DNA from: Candidatus Krumholzibacteriia bacterium
GTDB lineage: Bacteria; Krumholzibacteriota; Krumholzibacteriia; JAJRXK01
Length of the DNA stretch: 64,000 nt
NCBI GenBank assembly: GCA_041484665.1
Contig: JBGPIA010000005.1
Location: 1 to 64,000, forward strand
Direction: 5' to 3'
This document shows, piece after piece, positions 1 to 9,003 of the stretch. Both the position numbers and the translations under genes were made by a program. Under the pieces are notes generated by a model. The model was not told where the DNA came from. It was given only the letters and a program-made list of their open reading frames with translations, and did no database searches. Within the stretch, counting starts at the first letter, position 1. Every line of letters starts with the position of its first letter.

Positions 1-314
1 TCGGCACGGGCGATGACAACTGGCTCGTGGGCACGGGCGGGACCTGCCTCGAAGAGAGCGTGGCCGCCCAGATCATGGTCCAGTACAACGGAGCCCTGTT
101 CCTGGCGCAGCCTGGCGCCAACGTCCAGATCTGCCTCGGCGCGGCGACTCCGTCGAGCTTTGGCGGGATTCCGGGCTACCTGACCTGCCTTACGGCAGGC
201 GATCTGCGGCCGTTCAAGCTGGCCTATACGGGTTGTGCGGCTGTGAACGGCGTGGGCCCGGTGCCCGATGCCGCCACGAGCTGGGGTACCCTCAAGGCCG
301 GCTACCGCAACTAA
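1..314 (+). CDS. Secreted paralog-family protein, 5'-truncated by window edge; C-terminal SWGTLKAGY motif
   Basis: Reading frame is open from the window start. GTGDDNWLVGTGGTCL and PGYLTCLTAGDLR are shared almost exactly with 571..1176. Ends PVPDAATSWGTLKAGYRN. Confidence 0.85.
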   Translation, partial: GTGDDNWLVGTGGTCLEESVAAQIMVQYNGALFLAQPGANVQICLGAATPSSFGGIPGYLTCLTAGDLRPFKLAYTGCAAVNGVGPVPDAATSWGTLKAGYRN

Positions 315-570
315 GGTCCGCCCTTCAGCTCGCGTTCGGACTGCCAGCTCGCGGTTCGACTGAAGGGGAGTTGAGATGCATCTCCCTGGTCGTGCGGCCA
401 GGGAGATGCTGATTCGATGACGCGCAGTTTGCAGCGAAGGGCTGCCGCGGGCGTTTGATCCTAGCGAACGAGAGCGGCTCCCCTTCACCGAATGAGCAGG
501 ACCTCTGGGCTCCCTCGTGGCCCGCTGGTCCTCTACACCGTAGGCACGATGACCGGAGGAATGTTCGCCC

Positions 571-1176
571 ATGACCAAGTACGCGACACTCGCCATCGCG
601 CTGGCCACTGTGCTGGCGCTGTCCACGGCTGTGTCCGCCGGGGTGCCCCAACCCGGGGACATCGGCATCTTCTTCGACGATGCTGGGACGCAGACCAGCA
701 GGGCCGGAGTGGGAGCCTTTTCGTTCTTCGACGTTTTCGTTGTCGCATTTGACGTACCCGGCGGACTGCTGGGCTACGAGTTTGCGCTGCAGGTTCCGGC
801 GGGGACCATCGTGTCCGGCGGCCGGCAGTTCTTCCCTGCGGGCGCTCTGGACGTCGGCACGGGCGATGACAACTGGCTCGTCGGCACGGGCGGCACCTGC
901 CTCTCGTCCAACGGACACCAGGTGCTCGTGAAGTACACGAGCATGCTCTTCCTCGCCCAGCCGAACCCCGACCAGACGCTCTGCATGGGCCCGGCGACCC
1001 CGACGAGCTTCCCCCCGGGGGCTCCCGGGTACCTGACCTGCCTCACGGCGGGCGATCTGCGGCGATTCGGCTCGGCCTACCGCGGGTGCGCCGTGATCAA
1101 CCCCGCGGTCATCACGCCGCCCGTTCCCGACGCCGTGTCGAGCTTTGGCGCGCTGAAGGCCCAGTACAAGCAGTAA
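571..1176 (+). CDS. Secreted hypothetical protein (paralog family); C-terminal SFGALKAQY motif
   Basis: GGAGGA RBS at 555-560; Sec signal peptide MTKYATLAIALATVLALSTAVSA; four Cys; ends PVPDAVSSFGALKAQYKQ. Confidence 0.9.
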   Translation: MTKYATLAIALATVLALSTAVSAGVPQPGDIGIFFDDAGTQTSRAGVGAFSFFDVFVVAFDVPGGLLGYEFALQVPAGTIVSGGRQFFPAGALDVGTGDDNWLVGTGGTCLSSNGHQVLVKYTSMLFLAQPNPDQTLCMGPATPTSFPPGAPGYLTCLTAGDLRRFGSAYRGCAVINPAVITPPVPDAVSSFGALKAQYKQ

Positions 1177-1610
1177 CGGGTGGAGCACCCGTGCCGCGGT
1201 CGGTCGGAACCGGCTGTTGCAACAAGCGCTCCGCAGAGGCGCCCACTGACGTGGGCGCCTCTGCTCTTTCCGGCGGCCCTCCCCTTTCCGTATATTCCAC
1301 CGGTCCCGACACCGCTGCGCCCACGCCATGCGCGGGCGCAGAGCCGTAGGCCGCCGGAGCGCGGCTTCGGATCAGCGCTCTGGTGGGCCGAAATCCCTTG
1401 ACGGTCAAAGGGGCGCATGGTAGTTGGGTACGGCTCGCCGAGCGCTTTCCGGGTCGTTCCGTAGCCTTGACCTCGCCGGGGCGTGGCAGCGGGCAACGGC
1501 GCGGGCGCGCGGCGTCATCGGAGGATTCGAGCGGGCACTGCCGTCCTGGCCTGGCCGTCGTGGCGACGCGTCATCCCGGATCGGCGATCGCATTTCCAGA
1601 GAGGACGAGC

Positions 1611-2288
1611 ATGAAGAGACTCGCCATCGTGGCTGGGGTGTTGGCGCTGGCAGGACTGGCCGCCGGCAACGCATTCGGCCAGGCCATCTACGACACGCCG
1701 CTGGGGGACATCTACCTGAGCTTCAGCAACACGGCGCCGCCTTTCATCGGCCCGGTAAACCGGTACCTGACCGTAGCTCCGTTCGCAGGGTTCCACTTCT
1801 ACCTCATGCTGTATATCAACTTCGGTGACGCTCCCTACAACGACCCGAGCCGCAACGCAGGCGAGGGGGCGCAGGGATGGGAAACGGCGGTCGTTCCCTT
1901 CGCCGGCCTCATCGTCCAGTCGAGGGCGATTGCCCCCGCTGGCTCCCTGGACGTCGGGAGCGGGGACGACAACTGGATCGTGGGGACGGGCGGCCAGTGC
2001 ATCACGGCGGCCTCCACGCCGTTCGCCCTGGTCGACTACAACGGGCTCCTGCTGAGCGCGGTCGTCGACCAGAGGGTCGACCTAGCCGCGGCCAGTCCGA
2101 GCTCGTTTGACGATCCGCCACGCACGTCCACCGACGGGCAGCCGGGCTGGCTGCTCTGTCCGGGAAACGGGCATCTCGTGCCCACCTTCCCTGGGTGGCC
2201 GACTGATTGGATCATGGTGAATCCGACGCCCCCCGCCGTCGACGAGACGAGCTGGGGCACGTTGAAGTCGACCTTCTCCGGGCGGTAG
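1611..2288 (+). CDS. Secreted hypothetical protein (paralog family); C-terminal SWGTLKSTF motif
   Basis: AGAGGA RBS before ATG 1611; signal peptide MKRLAIVAGVLALAGLAAGNAFG; shares LDVGSGDDNWIVGTGGQC and PGWLLC with the neighbours. Confidence 0.88.
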   Translation: MKRLAIVAGVLALAGLAAGNAFGQAIYDTPLGDIYLSFSNTAPPFIGPVNRYLTVAPFAGFHFYLMLYINFGDAPYNDPSRNAGEGAQGWETAVVPFAGLIVQSRAIAPAGSLDVGSGDDNWIVGTGGQCITAASTPFALVDYNGLLLSAVVDQRVDLAAASPSSFDDPPRTSTDGQPGWLLCPGNGHLVPTFPGWPTDWIMVNPTPPAVDETSWGTLKSTFSGR

Positions 2289-2564
2289 TCGCGCCCGACT
2301 GCCCCGTCGAACCTCCGCGGCTGAGCTGAGACCCGACGATCGCGGGGGGTGCCCATCCCGGGCGCTCCCCGCCGTTTTCCCGCGGGGCGCAGGCGGTTCG
2401 CAACCGTGTTGCTCCGAATGGGCCGCTAGTCGTACCTTGCACCACAGTGGTCGGCCCCCCAACCGGACGTCGGTCCGACGACCGGCCGGGTGAACCGCCC
2501 GGGACGCCACCGGGCGTTCTGCCTCCGCCCCGCGCCTGACACCGAGCGGCTGGAGGTGCGAGCG

Positions 2565-3248
2565 ATGGATCTCCGTAGTCACGTTGTCCTGCGGCCGTGG
2601 CGCTCGTGCGGGGCGCTGCGAGCACGGGGGCGCGCGGCCGCCGCGGGCGCGGCGCGCCTGGCCGCTCTCACGGGGACCTTGGCGGCGCTTTGCGTCAGCC
2701 CGGCCGCGTTCGCCCAGCTTCCCCAGTCGCCATCCGGGCAGCTCGGTTTCTACTTCGATCTGGACGCAAGCCAGGCCGAATGGCCGATGCCCCCGGCGTC
2801 GCCGCTGGCCAGCGGCGCACAGTTCCAGCTCTACCTGCTCGCCAGCTTCCGTGGCGGCAGCCCGTCCGGCCAGAAGCTGTGGGCGTGGGAGGCGGCGGTG
2901 CACTTCGATCCCGCCATTGTGGTATTGCGCAGCAACGTGACGGGCGTCGACTTCGCGTCCGCAACGAACGACTTCTGCGTGGGGCTGGGCGTCGATCCCG
3001 TCGACCCCGCCGGCGGGGCCCCGCTGCTGCTGGCGAGCTTCGACTGCATGGTGCTCGGTGCTGGCGTTGTCAACGCCGTCGCCACGATCCTGCCCCAAGG
3101 TGGGTGCGTGAGCGGCGAGGTGGACGGACCGCGCTGGCAGGCCCATCCGTCGGGCAATTTGATTCCGTTCGCGAGCTACAGCTCAGCGCTGCTCAACCCC
3201 GACCTCGCCAGCTGGGGTGCTGTCAAACGGCGTTACGGGCAGCGTTGA
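2565..3248 (+). CDS. Secreted hypothetical protein (distant paralog); C-terminal SWGAVKRRY motif
   Basis: GGAGG RBS before ATG 2565; hydrophobic signal ending SPAAFA; LGFYFD and NDFCVG segments resemble IGIFFD and DNWLVG of the paralogs. Confidence 0.75.
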   Translation: MDLRSHVVLRPWRSCGALRARGRAAAAGAARLAALTGTLAALCVSPAAFAQLPQSPSGQLGFYFDLDASQAEWPMPPASPLASGAQFQLYLLASFRGGSPSGQKLWAWEAAVHFDPAIVVLRSNVTGVDFASATNDFCVGLGVDPVDPAGGAPLLLASFDCMVLGAGVVNAVATILPQGGCVSGEVDGPRWQAHPSGNLIPFASYSSALLNPDLASWGAVKRRYGQR

Positions 3249-3264
3249 GGCACCCGACGCACCG

Positions 3265-3378
3265 GATGCCTTCGATGAGGAGGCAGCTGCCTTCGATGAT
3301 GGTGTCGTGGTCGCCGATGGCGCGGCCGCCCGCATCGATGGCGCGGCCGCCCGTATCGATGGCGCGACGGCCCGCGTC
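3265..3378. repeat. Degenerate 21-bp tandem repeat, intergenic
   Basis: GATGGCGCGGCCGCCCG(C/T)ATC repeats about 2.5 times, preceded by two TGCCTTCGATGA copies 21 nt apart. Confidence 0.7.
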
Positions 3379-3417
3379 ACGGGTGCGGAGCCCGCATGCG
3401 CCGCACGGCGGCCCGCG

Positions 3418-3447
3418 TTGACGGTGCTTCCCGTACCCACGTATACT
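3418..3447 (+). promoter_or_regulatory. Sigma70-type promoter for the C25 peptidase gene
   Basis: TTGACG-N18-TATACT. Confidence 0.6.
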
Positions 3448-3590
3448 AGACGCGGCCAGCGGGCTTCCACGACCAGGACCCGTGGGCAGCTCCTGCTGGC
3501 GCGGTCTCGTTGGCCGCCCCGTTGAGCTTCGGCTGGCGGCCGTTCCCTTCCCCTGAGCCGACCTCGTTCCACCTGCGGAGGGACCCCCTC

Positions 3591-6500
3591 GTGCGCACGA
3601 TGTGCCCGGCTGCGCGTCAGCGGCGGCTGTCGACCGTCCGCGCCGGCCCGGGGGGTGCCCGCCGGGCGGTCGTCCGCGCGGGTCGACTGCGCTCGCCGCG
3701 ACTGCGCGTGCTGGCCGCCGCGACACGGACCGAGCTGGCTGCACTGGCTGCACTGGCCACGCTGGCCACAACGGCTGCGCTGGCCGCGCTCGCGCCCGCC
3801 GCGCACGCTGCCGTGCCCCCGGGCTGGACCATCGCTGCCAGCGACGCGCGGCACTTGGAGCTGCGCATCACCGTGGCCCGGCCGCTCTCCACCGAGGTTG
3901 CGGCCAATGGGCGCGTCTATCGCGCGCTCGCCATCGCGGGCTACGCCCCGGGCGGCGAGTCCGGCGACCCTGCCCTGCCCGAGGCTGGAGCGTGGATCGG
4001 CGTTCCGCCGAGCGGCCCCGTGGAGCTGAGTGTGCGGGTGCTGGAGACGGTAGATCTGGGCGGCGGGCGCCTGATCCCCAATCCCACGCCGTATCGGGTC
4101 AGTCCCACGCCCTTCGGCGAGCCGTCCCTGGGCGAGCGGATCGAGGAGGGCCCCGCCTACGCGGGACATCGCGCTGATCGCGCCAACGTGGCGATGCTCG
4201 GACACGCCACCTGGAGCCGCAAGCAGCGCATCGTGCCGCTGCGCGTAAGCCCGGTCATCTTCGACGCGGCCGGTGAGCGGTTGGAGCTCGTCACGCAGCT
4301 CGAGCTCACCATTACGTTCCCCTCGGGCGCCGACGCTAGCCTGTTGGAGGAGGGGGCGCCGGATCCCGTCCTGCTGCGCTCCCTGCTGAATCCGGAGGTG
4401 GCGGCCGGCTGGCGCGCTCTGCCACCCCGCCAGCGCGCGCTCCGCGACGGGTTCGCACATCTGGCGGCCGCGCAGGCGATCCCGCAGGCCCGTCCTCAGC
4501 CCGGTCCCCAGCCTGGTCCGCAGGCGATCCCGCCCGTAGGCGCACGCGGGACGGCGCAGGTCCAAGGCGATATCCGCCCGCTCGATCCGGCGGCCTTGAT
4601 TTCCGACGAGTACCGCGTGCGCGTGGACGCGACCGGCCTTGCGCGCGTGCACCTGGCGGACGTGTTGGCTCTGGGCTTCCCGTCCGACGTCCCGCGGCGC
4701 AAGCTGCGGCTCTACCAGAAGCGCTGGAACGATCCGACCGACGGGCTGTTCGACGCGCAGTCGCCACTGCCGCTGACGGCCGACGTCCCGTGCGTGTTCG
4801 CTGGGAATCTCGATCCCGACGGCATCGTGACCGTCAACGACGACTTGATCTTCTACGCGTTCCACCCGCGCGACGACGACTTGGTGCGCGACATCGGTGG
4901 CCAGACGTTCCCGCGGGCCGGGGGCACGGAGCGGTCGGACAATTTCAACGGCACCAACGTCTACTGGATCGCCGCGGTCGAGCCCGACGCCGCGGGCTGG
5001 GCGCGGATGGAGAGCATCGCGCTGCCGGCGGCCGTCCCACCGCTGCAGACGCACTATCGGCGCGTCGACCGCCTGGAGAGCGACAACGCGTACCAAGACA
5101 ATCCACAGGACATCGAGCAGCCGCGCTACAACTGGACGTCGTTCCTGGACGCGAGCCCCACCGTTGGGCTGGAGTTCCAGAACCCCGTGCCTGGCGCGCT
5201 TGCGGACGTGACGTGGAGCCTGGTGGCGCGCGTCATCGATGGCCGGGCACGAGCGATCGCGGCCACGATCAGCAATGCCAACGGCACGGACACCCTCGCC
5301 ACGGTGGACGTGGGCATCAGGAACTTTGCAACGCTGTACCCCACGACCGGTCAGGTCCCAAGCGACTTCGTCGGTTCGGGCTTCTCCACCTTCCAGCTGC
5401 GCCGCACCGACGGCTCGCCGCTCTTGCAGGCGTACCTGGGGGACATCACGCTGGCCTACGACGCGCAGTACCGCGCCGTGCGTGACGAGGCACGCTTGCG
5501 CACCGGTCAACCGGGCGGCCAGCCCAGCGTCGAGGTGCCCGGCTTCTCGGCCGCCGACGTCATGCTGCTGGAGATCACCGACCCGCGGGCCCCGCGCGTG
5601 GCGGCGCTCGCCCCCGCGAACCTGCGCGCTGAGGGGGATGCGACCTTCACGCTCGCGGTGCAAGTCGCCCAGGCGCCGGCACTGGAGCGGTCGTTCTGGG
5701 CGCTGCGTCCCAGCCGCGCCACGCGCGTGCGCGCCGACCACATCGAGCGCGCCACGGTGCGCGACCTCATCACCGACGCGCGGGTTTTCCCCGAGGGTCA
5801 GGCGCAAGTGCTGGCCATCGGGCCCGCCTTCCTGGAGAGCGCGATGCAGCCCTGGCTGGCGTGGCGGCGCGCGCACGACCGCCAGGGCTGGAAGTACGCC
5901 TACATCGACGTCCAGGCCATCGTCGATCAGTTTTCCGGCGGCCTGAAATCGCCGGAAGGCATCAAGCGCTTCCTGGAGTACGCGTACCTTGCGTGGAATG
6001 CCCGCGCGGTGCTGCTGGTGGGAGAAGCGAGCGAGGAGGCGCGGGAGGTCACGGGCGACGGCGGCCGGGACCTGGTGCCCTCGCCGCTCCACGTGCAGGT
6101 CTTCACGGATAACGAAGTGCTCGGCTCGGACAAATGGTACGCGACCTTCAACGTCAACCCCGACTACCCCAACCAGCTGGACCACGGCCCCGACATGGTG
6201 ATCGGGCGCTTGACGGCCAACGATGCCCCGGAGCTCTCGCTTCTCGTGCAGAAGATCATCGCCTACGAGCAGCCGCAGGCCAGCGACGACTGGCGTCGCC
6301 GCTGCCTGTGGGTCGCCGACGACGACTGGAGCTCCCAGACGCTGGGCGGGCCGCAAGGCAGCTACTGCTGGCAGTTCACCGAGGCCGGCTTCGAGCTGAG
6401 CCAGCGCTCCGTGGAGGCCATCAACGACTCGTTGGACACCGCCGTGCAGCCGGTGCATTTCTATCTGAAGGAATACACGGACCCCATGCACCCGGGGAAC

Positions 6501-8045
6501 GGCTGCACCAGCATCCAGCAGATCATCCAGCGCGTTGGCACCGAGGTGACGCCGCTGCTTATGAGCCGCCTCAACGAGGGGGCGCTGATCGTCTCGTTCC
6601 AGGGCCACGCCAACTGGAACGTGCTCTGCCACGAGCGGCTGTTTACCGACGTGGAGGCGCTGGCCCTGACCAACGCCGGACGGCCGTTCGTCTTCTTCGG
6701 GATGGGCTGCCACATCAGCGACTTCCTCTCCTACAAGGAGAATCAGCCGGGGACCGGCCGCTCCATCGGCCAACTGCTGCTCTCGAATGCCAACGGCGGA
6801 GCGATCGCCACGTACGGCAGTAACGGCTTCGAGTTCCTGCGCCAGAACTCGAAGCTGATGGAAAAAATCGGAGAGGCAGTCTTCACGCGCGGGCGGACTG
6901 ACAGCCCGATCTTTGGCACGCCATGGGCGCTCACCGGCCAGTGGACTCTGGGGGAGGTGCTCGGGCAGGGCGAGCATGACGTCCTCCCCTCGACCTCCAC
7001 GCTGGAGCGACAGATGGTCGCGCAGTACAACCTGCTGGGCGACCCGCTGCTGCGCCTGGATGCCGCGCCGCCGCGACTGACCGTGGAAAGCGGGGGCCAG
7101 CCCGTGGCCGACCAGACGGCGGTCGTGCTACCGGCGGGCAGCGACACGCTGGCGCTGCAGCTGCACGGGGTGGACGAGTCGGGCGTCGACCGCTTCGTGG
7201 TCGGCGACAGCCGCGGGCGGGCCTACAGCGGCGCGTTGCAGTACGCCGCCACCAGCGACCCGCGCAAGCGCTCGGCCACGATCAACATTCCGATCGAGGC
7301 GTTCGGTGGCCCGCTCGTGGTACAAGACCCGCACGGCCCGCGTGGATACCGCATTACGATCGACGCGTACGACGGCTCCTATCCCGACGCGCGCCCGTCG
7401 TCGCTGCGCCTGGTGGTTCCCTTCACGCTGACCGTCAGCGTGGACGGCACGCCCGTCGACGAGGGGGCTGGATCGCTGTCGCCGGAGACCGCCTCTGCCC
7501 TGGAGATCGAGTTCGTCAGCCCGATCTCGCTCACCGAGGCGCAGATCGACGTGCACCTGACCGCCGTCGTGGCGCTGGCCGGCCCCACGAAGACGGCGCT
7601 GGACGCCGATGGGCGCCGCTGGCGGGTGGCCCTCTCGGCCCGCGGGGACGGTAGCGGCCTGGCGCAGGCGCTCCGCCTGACATTGGCCGGCAGTGCCACC
7701 GACTTCTCGCTGACCCAGACGGCGGCTGCGGCGGGGCTTGCCATCTCGGTGCATTACCCGTTCCCTAGCCCCGGGGACCCGTCACGGTCGCCCATCTGGT
7801 TCGTGGCGCAGACGACGACACCGGTGGAGTGGTCGCGCGTGACCGTATACGATCTCACCGGTCGCGCCGTGGCCCGGTTGGACGGCAGCGCCACGGACGC
7901 GAACCTGCGGGTGGCGATCGCCTGGGACGGCCGCGACGCCCAGGGTGACGAGGCCGCAAACGGAGTCTACCTCTACCGGCTGGAGGTGGGCCATGGCTTG
8001 GAGCGCGTGCGCAGCGACATGGGGCGCGTCGTCCTGATGCGCTGA
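3591..8045 (+). CDS. C25 (gingipain/PorU-like) cysteine peptidase with propeptide and C-terminal FlgD-Ig/T9SS-like domain
   Basis: Propeptide-like GDPALP; C25 motifs IKRFLEYAY, VLLVGEA, SDKWY, MVIGRL, FQGHA (His), GCHISDF (Cys), YNLLGDP; C-terminal YPFPSP..VYDLTGR..WDGRDAQGDEAANGVYLYRL. GTG start chosen by the GGAGG RBS. Confidence 0.88.
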   Translation: MRTMCPAARQRRLSTVRAGPGGARRAVVRAGRLRSPRLRVLAAATRTELAALAALATLATTAALAALAPAAHAAVPPGWTIAASDARHLELRITVARPLSTEVAANGRVYRALAIAGYAPGGESGDPALPEAGAWIGVPPSGPVELSVRVLETVDLGGGRLIPNPTPYRVSPTPFGEPSLGERIEEGPAYAGHRADRANVAMLGHATWSRKQRIVPLRVSPVIFDAAGERLELVTQLELTITFPSGADASLLEEGAPDPVLLRSLLNPEVAAGWRALPPRQRALRDGFAHLAAAQAIPQARPQPGPQPGPQAIPPVGARGTAQVQGDIRPLDPAALISDEYRVRVDATGLARVHLADVLALGFPSDVPRRKLRLYQKRWNDPTDGLFDAQSPLPLTADVPCVFAGNLDPDGIVTVNDDLIFYAFHPRDDDLVRDIGGQTFPRAGGTERSDNFNGTNVYWIAAVEPDAAGWARMESIALPAAVPPLQTHYRRVDRLESDNAYQDNPQDIEQPRYNWTSFLDASPTVGLEFQNPVPGALADVTWSLVARVIDGRARAIAATISNANGTDTLATVDVGIRNFATLYPTTGQVPSDFVGSGFSTFQLRRTDGSPLLQAYLGDITLAYDAQYRAVRDEARLRTGQPGGQPSVEVPGFSAADVMLLEITDPRAPRVAALAPANLRAEGDATFTLAVQVAQAPALERSFWALRPSRATRVRADHIERATVRDLITDARVFPEGQAQVLAIGPAFLESAMQPWLAWRRAHDRQGWKYAYIDVQAIVDQFSGGLKSPEGIKRFLEYAYLAWNARAVLLVGEASEEAREVTGDGGRDLVPSPLHVQVFTDNEVLGSDKWYATFNVNPDYPNQLDHGPDMVIGRLTANDAPELSLLVQKIIAYEQPQASDDWRRRCLWVADDDWSSQTLGGPQGSYCWQFTEAGFELSQRSVEAINDSLDTAVQPVHFYLKEYTDPMHPGNGCTSIQQIIQRVGTEVTPLLMSRLNEGALIVSFQGHANWNVLCHERLFTDVEALALTNAGRPFVFFGMGCHISDFLSYKENQPGTGRSIGQLLLSNANGGAIATYGSNGFEFLRQNSKLMEKIGEAVFTRGRTDSPIFGTPWALTGQWTLGEVLGQGEHDVLPSTSTLERQMVAQYNLLGDPLLRLDAAPPRLTVESGGQPVADQTAVVLPAGSDTLALQLHGVDESGVDRFVVGDSRGRAYSGALQYAATSDPRKRSATINIPIEAFGGPLVVQDPHGPRGYRITIDAYDGSYPDARPSSLRLVVPFTLTVSVDGTPVDEGAGSLSPETASALEIEFVSPISLTEAQIDVHLTAVVALAGPTKTALDADGRRWRVALSARGDGSGLAQALRLTLAGSATDFSLTQTAAAAGLAISVHYPFPSPGDPSRSPIWFVAQTTTPVEWSRVTVYDLTGRAVARLDGSATDANLRVAIAWDGRDAQGDEAANGVYLYRLEVGHGLERVRSDMGRVVLMR

Positions 8046-8065
8046 GCGCGCGGGGAGGTACGCCC

Positions 8066-8995
8066 CTGGACACGCGCGAAGGCTCTCCCGAGCTCTTCCA
8101 GACGTTGCAGCGCCTCACCACCGAGGCGCGCAATCCGCGCACCGTGGGGATCGACCTCGCCTCCTCCGAGGAGATCCTCCAGCTGCTGCACGCCGAGGAC
8201 CGCACGGTCGCCGACCGGGTGCAAGCGGCGCTCCCGCAGCTCGCACCGATCGTGGAGCGCATCGCCTCTGCCTTCCGCGCCGGGGGGCGGTTGCTGTACG
8301 CCGGCGCCGGCACGTCGGGCCGGCTGGGCGTGCTCGACGCCGCAGAGTGCCCGCCCACCTACGGCACTCCCCCCGAGCAGGTCGTGGGGCTGATCGCTGG
8401 CGGACACGAGACGCTGGTGCGCAGCCGCGAGGGGGTCGAGGACCGGGCTGAGGAGGGGGCGGGCGATGTCGAGGCGGCCGCCGTCGGACCCCACGACGTC
8501 TTGGTGGGGATCTCGGCCAGCCGGCGGACGCCCTACGTGCGCGGCGCGCTGGCGCGGGCCCGCAAGCGCGGTGCGTGGACCGCGTTCCTGGTGTGCAACG
8601 AGCTGGGGGAGGACCCGCTCGAGGTGGCCGACCAGGTGGTGGAGATCGTGGTCGGCCCGGAGGCCATCGCAGGCAGCACGCGCATGAAGGCCGCCCTGGC
8701 CCAGAAGATGGTGCTGACCATGCTGAGCACGGCGGCGATGATCCGCACCGGCAAGGTCTATGAGAACCTGATGGTGGATGTGGCACCCACCAGTGCGAAG
8801 CTGCGCGAGCGCGCCCAGGGGCTCGTCATGCACCTGGCCGGCGTCTCCTACGAGCAGGCGCAGCGGCTGCTGGCGGCCAGCAGCTTTCGCGTCAAGCACG
8901 CGGTCGTGATGGCGCGGCGCGGCGTCGATCTCGCGGAGGCCGACCGTCTGCTGCACGACGCGGGCGGCCTGCTGCGTCCGGCGCTGCGACGCTGA
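8066..8995 (+). CDS. murQ: N-acetylmuramic acid 6-phosphate etherase
   Basis: LTTEARNP, GAGTSGRLGVLDAAECPPTYG, GPEAIAGSTRMKA, GKVYENLMVDV. Start is uncertain: CTG 8066 follows a GGAGG RBS; the ORF track gives TTG 8105. Confidence 0.95.
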   Translation: MDTREGSPELFQTLQRLTTEARNPRTVGIDLASSEEILQLLHAEDRTVADRVQAALPQLAPIVERIASAFRAGGRLLYAGAGTSGRLGVLDAAECPPTYGTPPEQVVGLIAGGHETLVRSREGVEDRAEEGAGDVEAAAVGPHDVLVGISASRRTPYVRGALARARKRGAWTAFLVCNELGEDPLEVADQVVEIVVGPEAIAGSTRMKAALAQKMVLTMLSTAAMIRTGKVYENLMVDVAPTSAKLRERAQGLVMHLAGVSYEQAQRLLAASSFRVKHAVVMARRGVDLAEADRLLHDAGGLLRPALRR

Positions 8996-9003
8996 CCGCA
9001 ACC

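Noticed and set aside
3183..6977. 1264-aa minus-strand ORF
   Set aside because: Antisense shadow of the C25 gene; high GC suppresses stops and no protein motifs are present.
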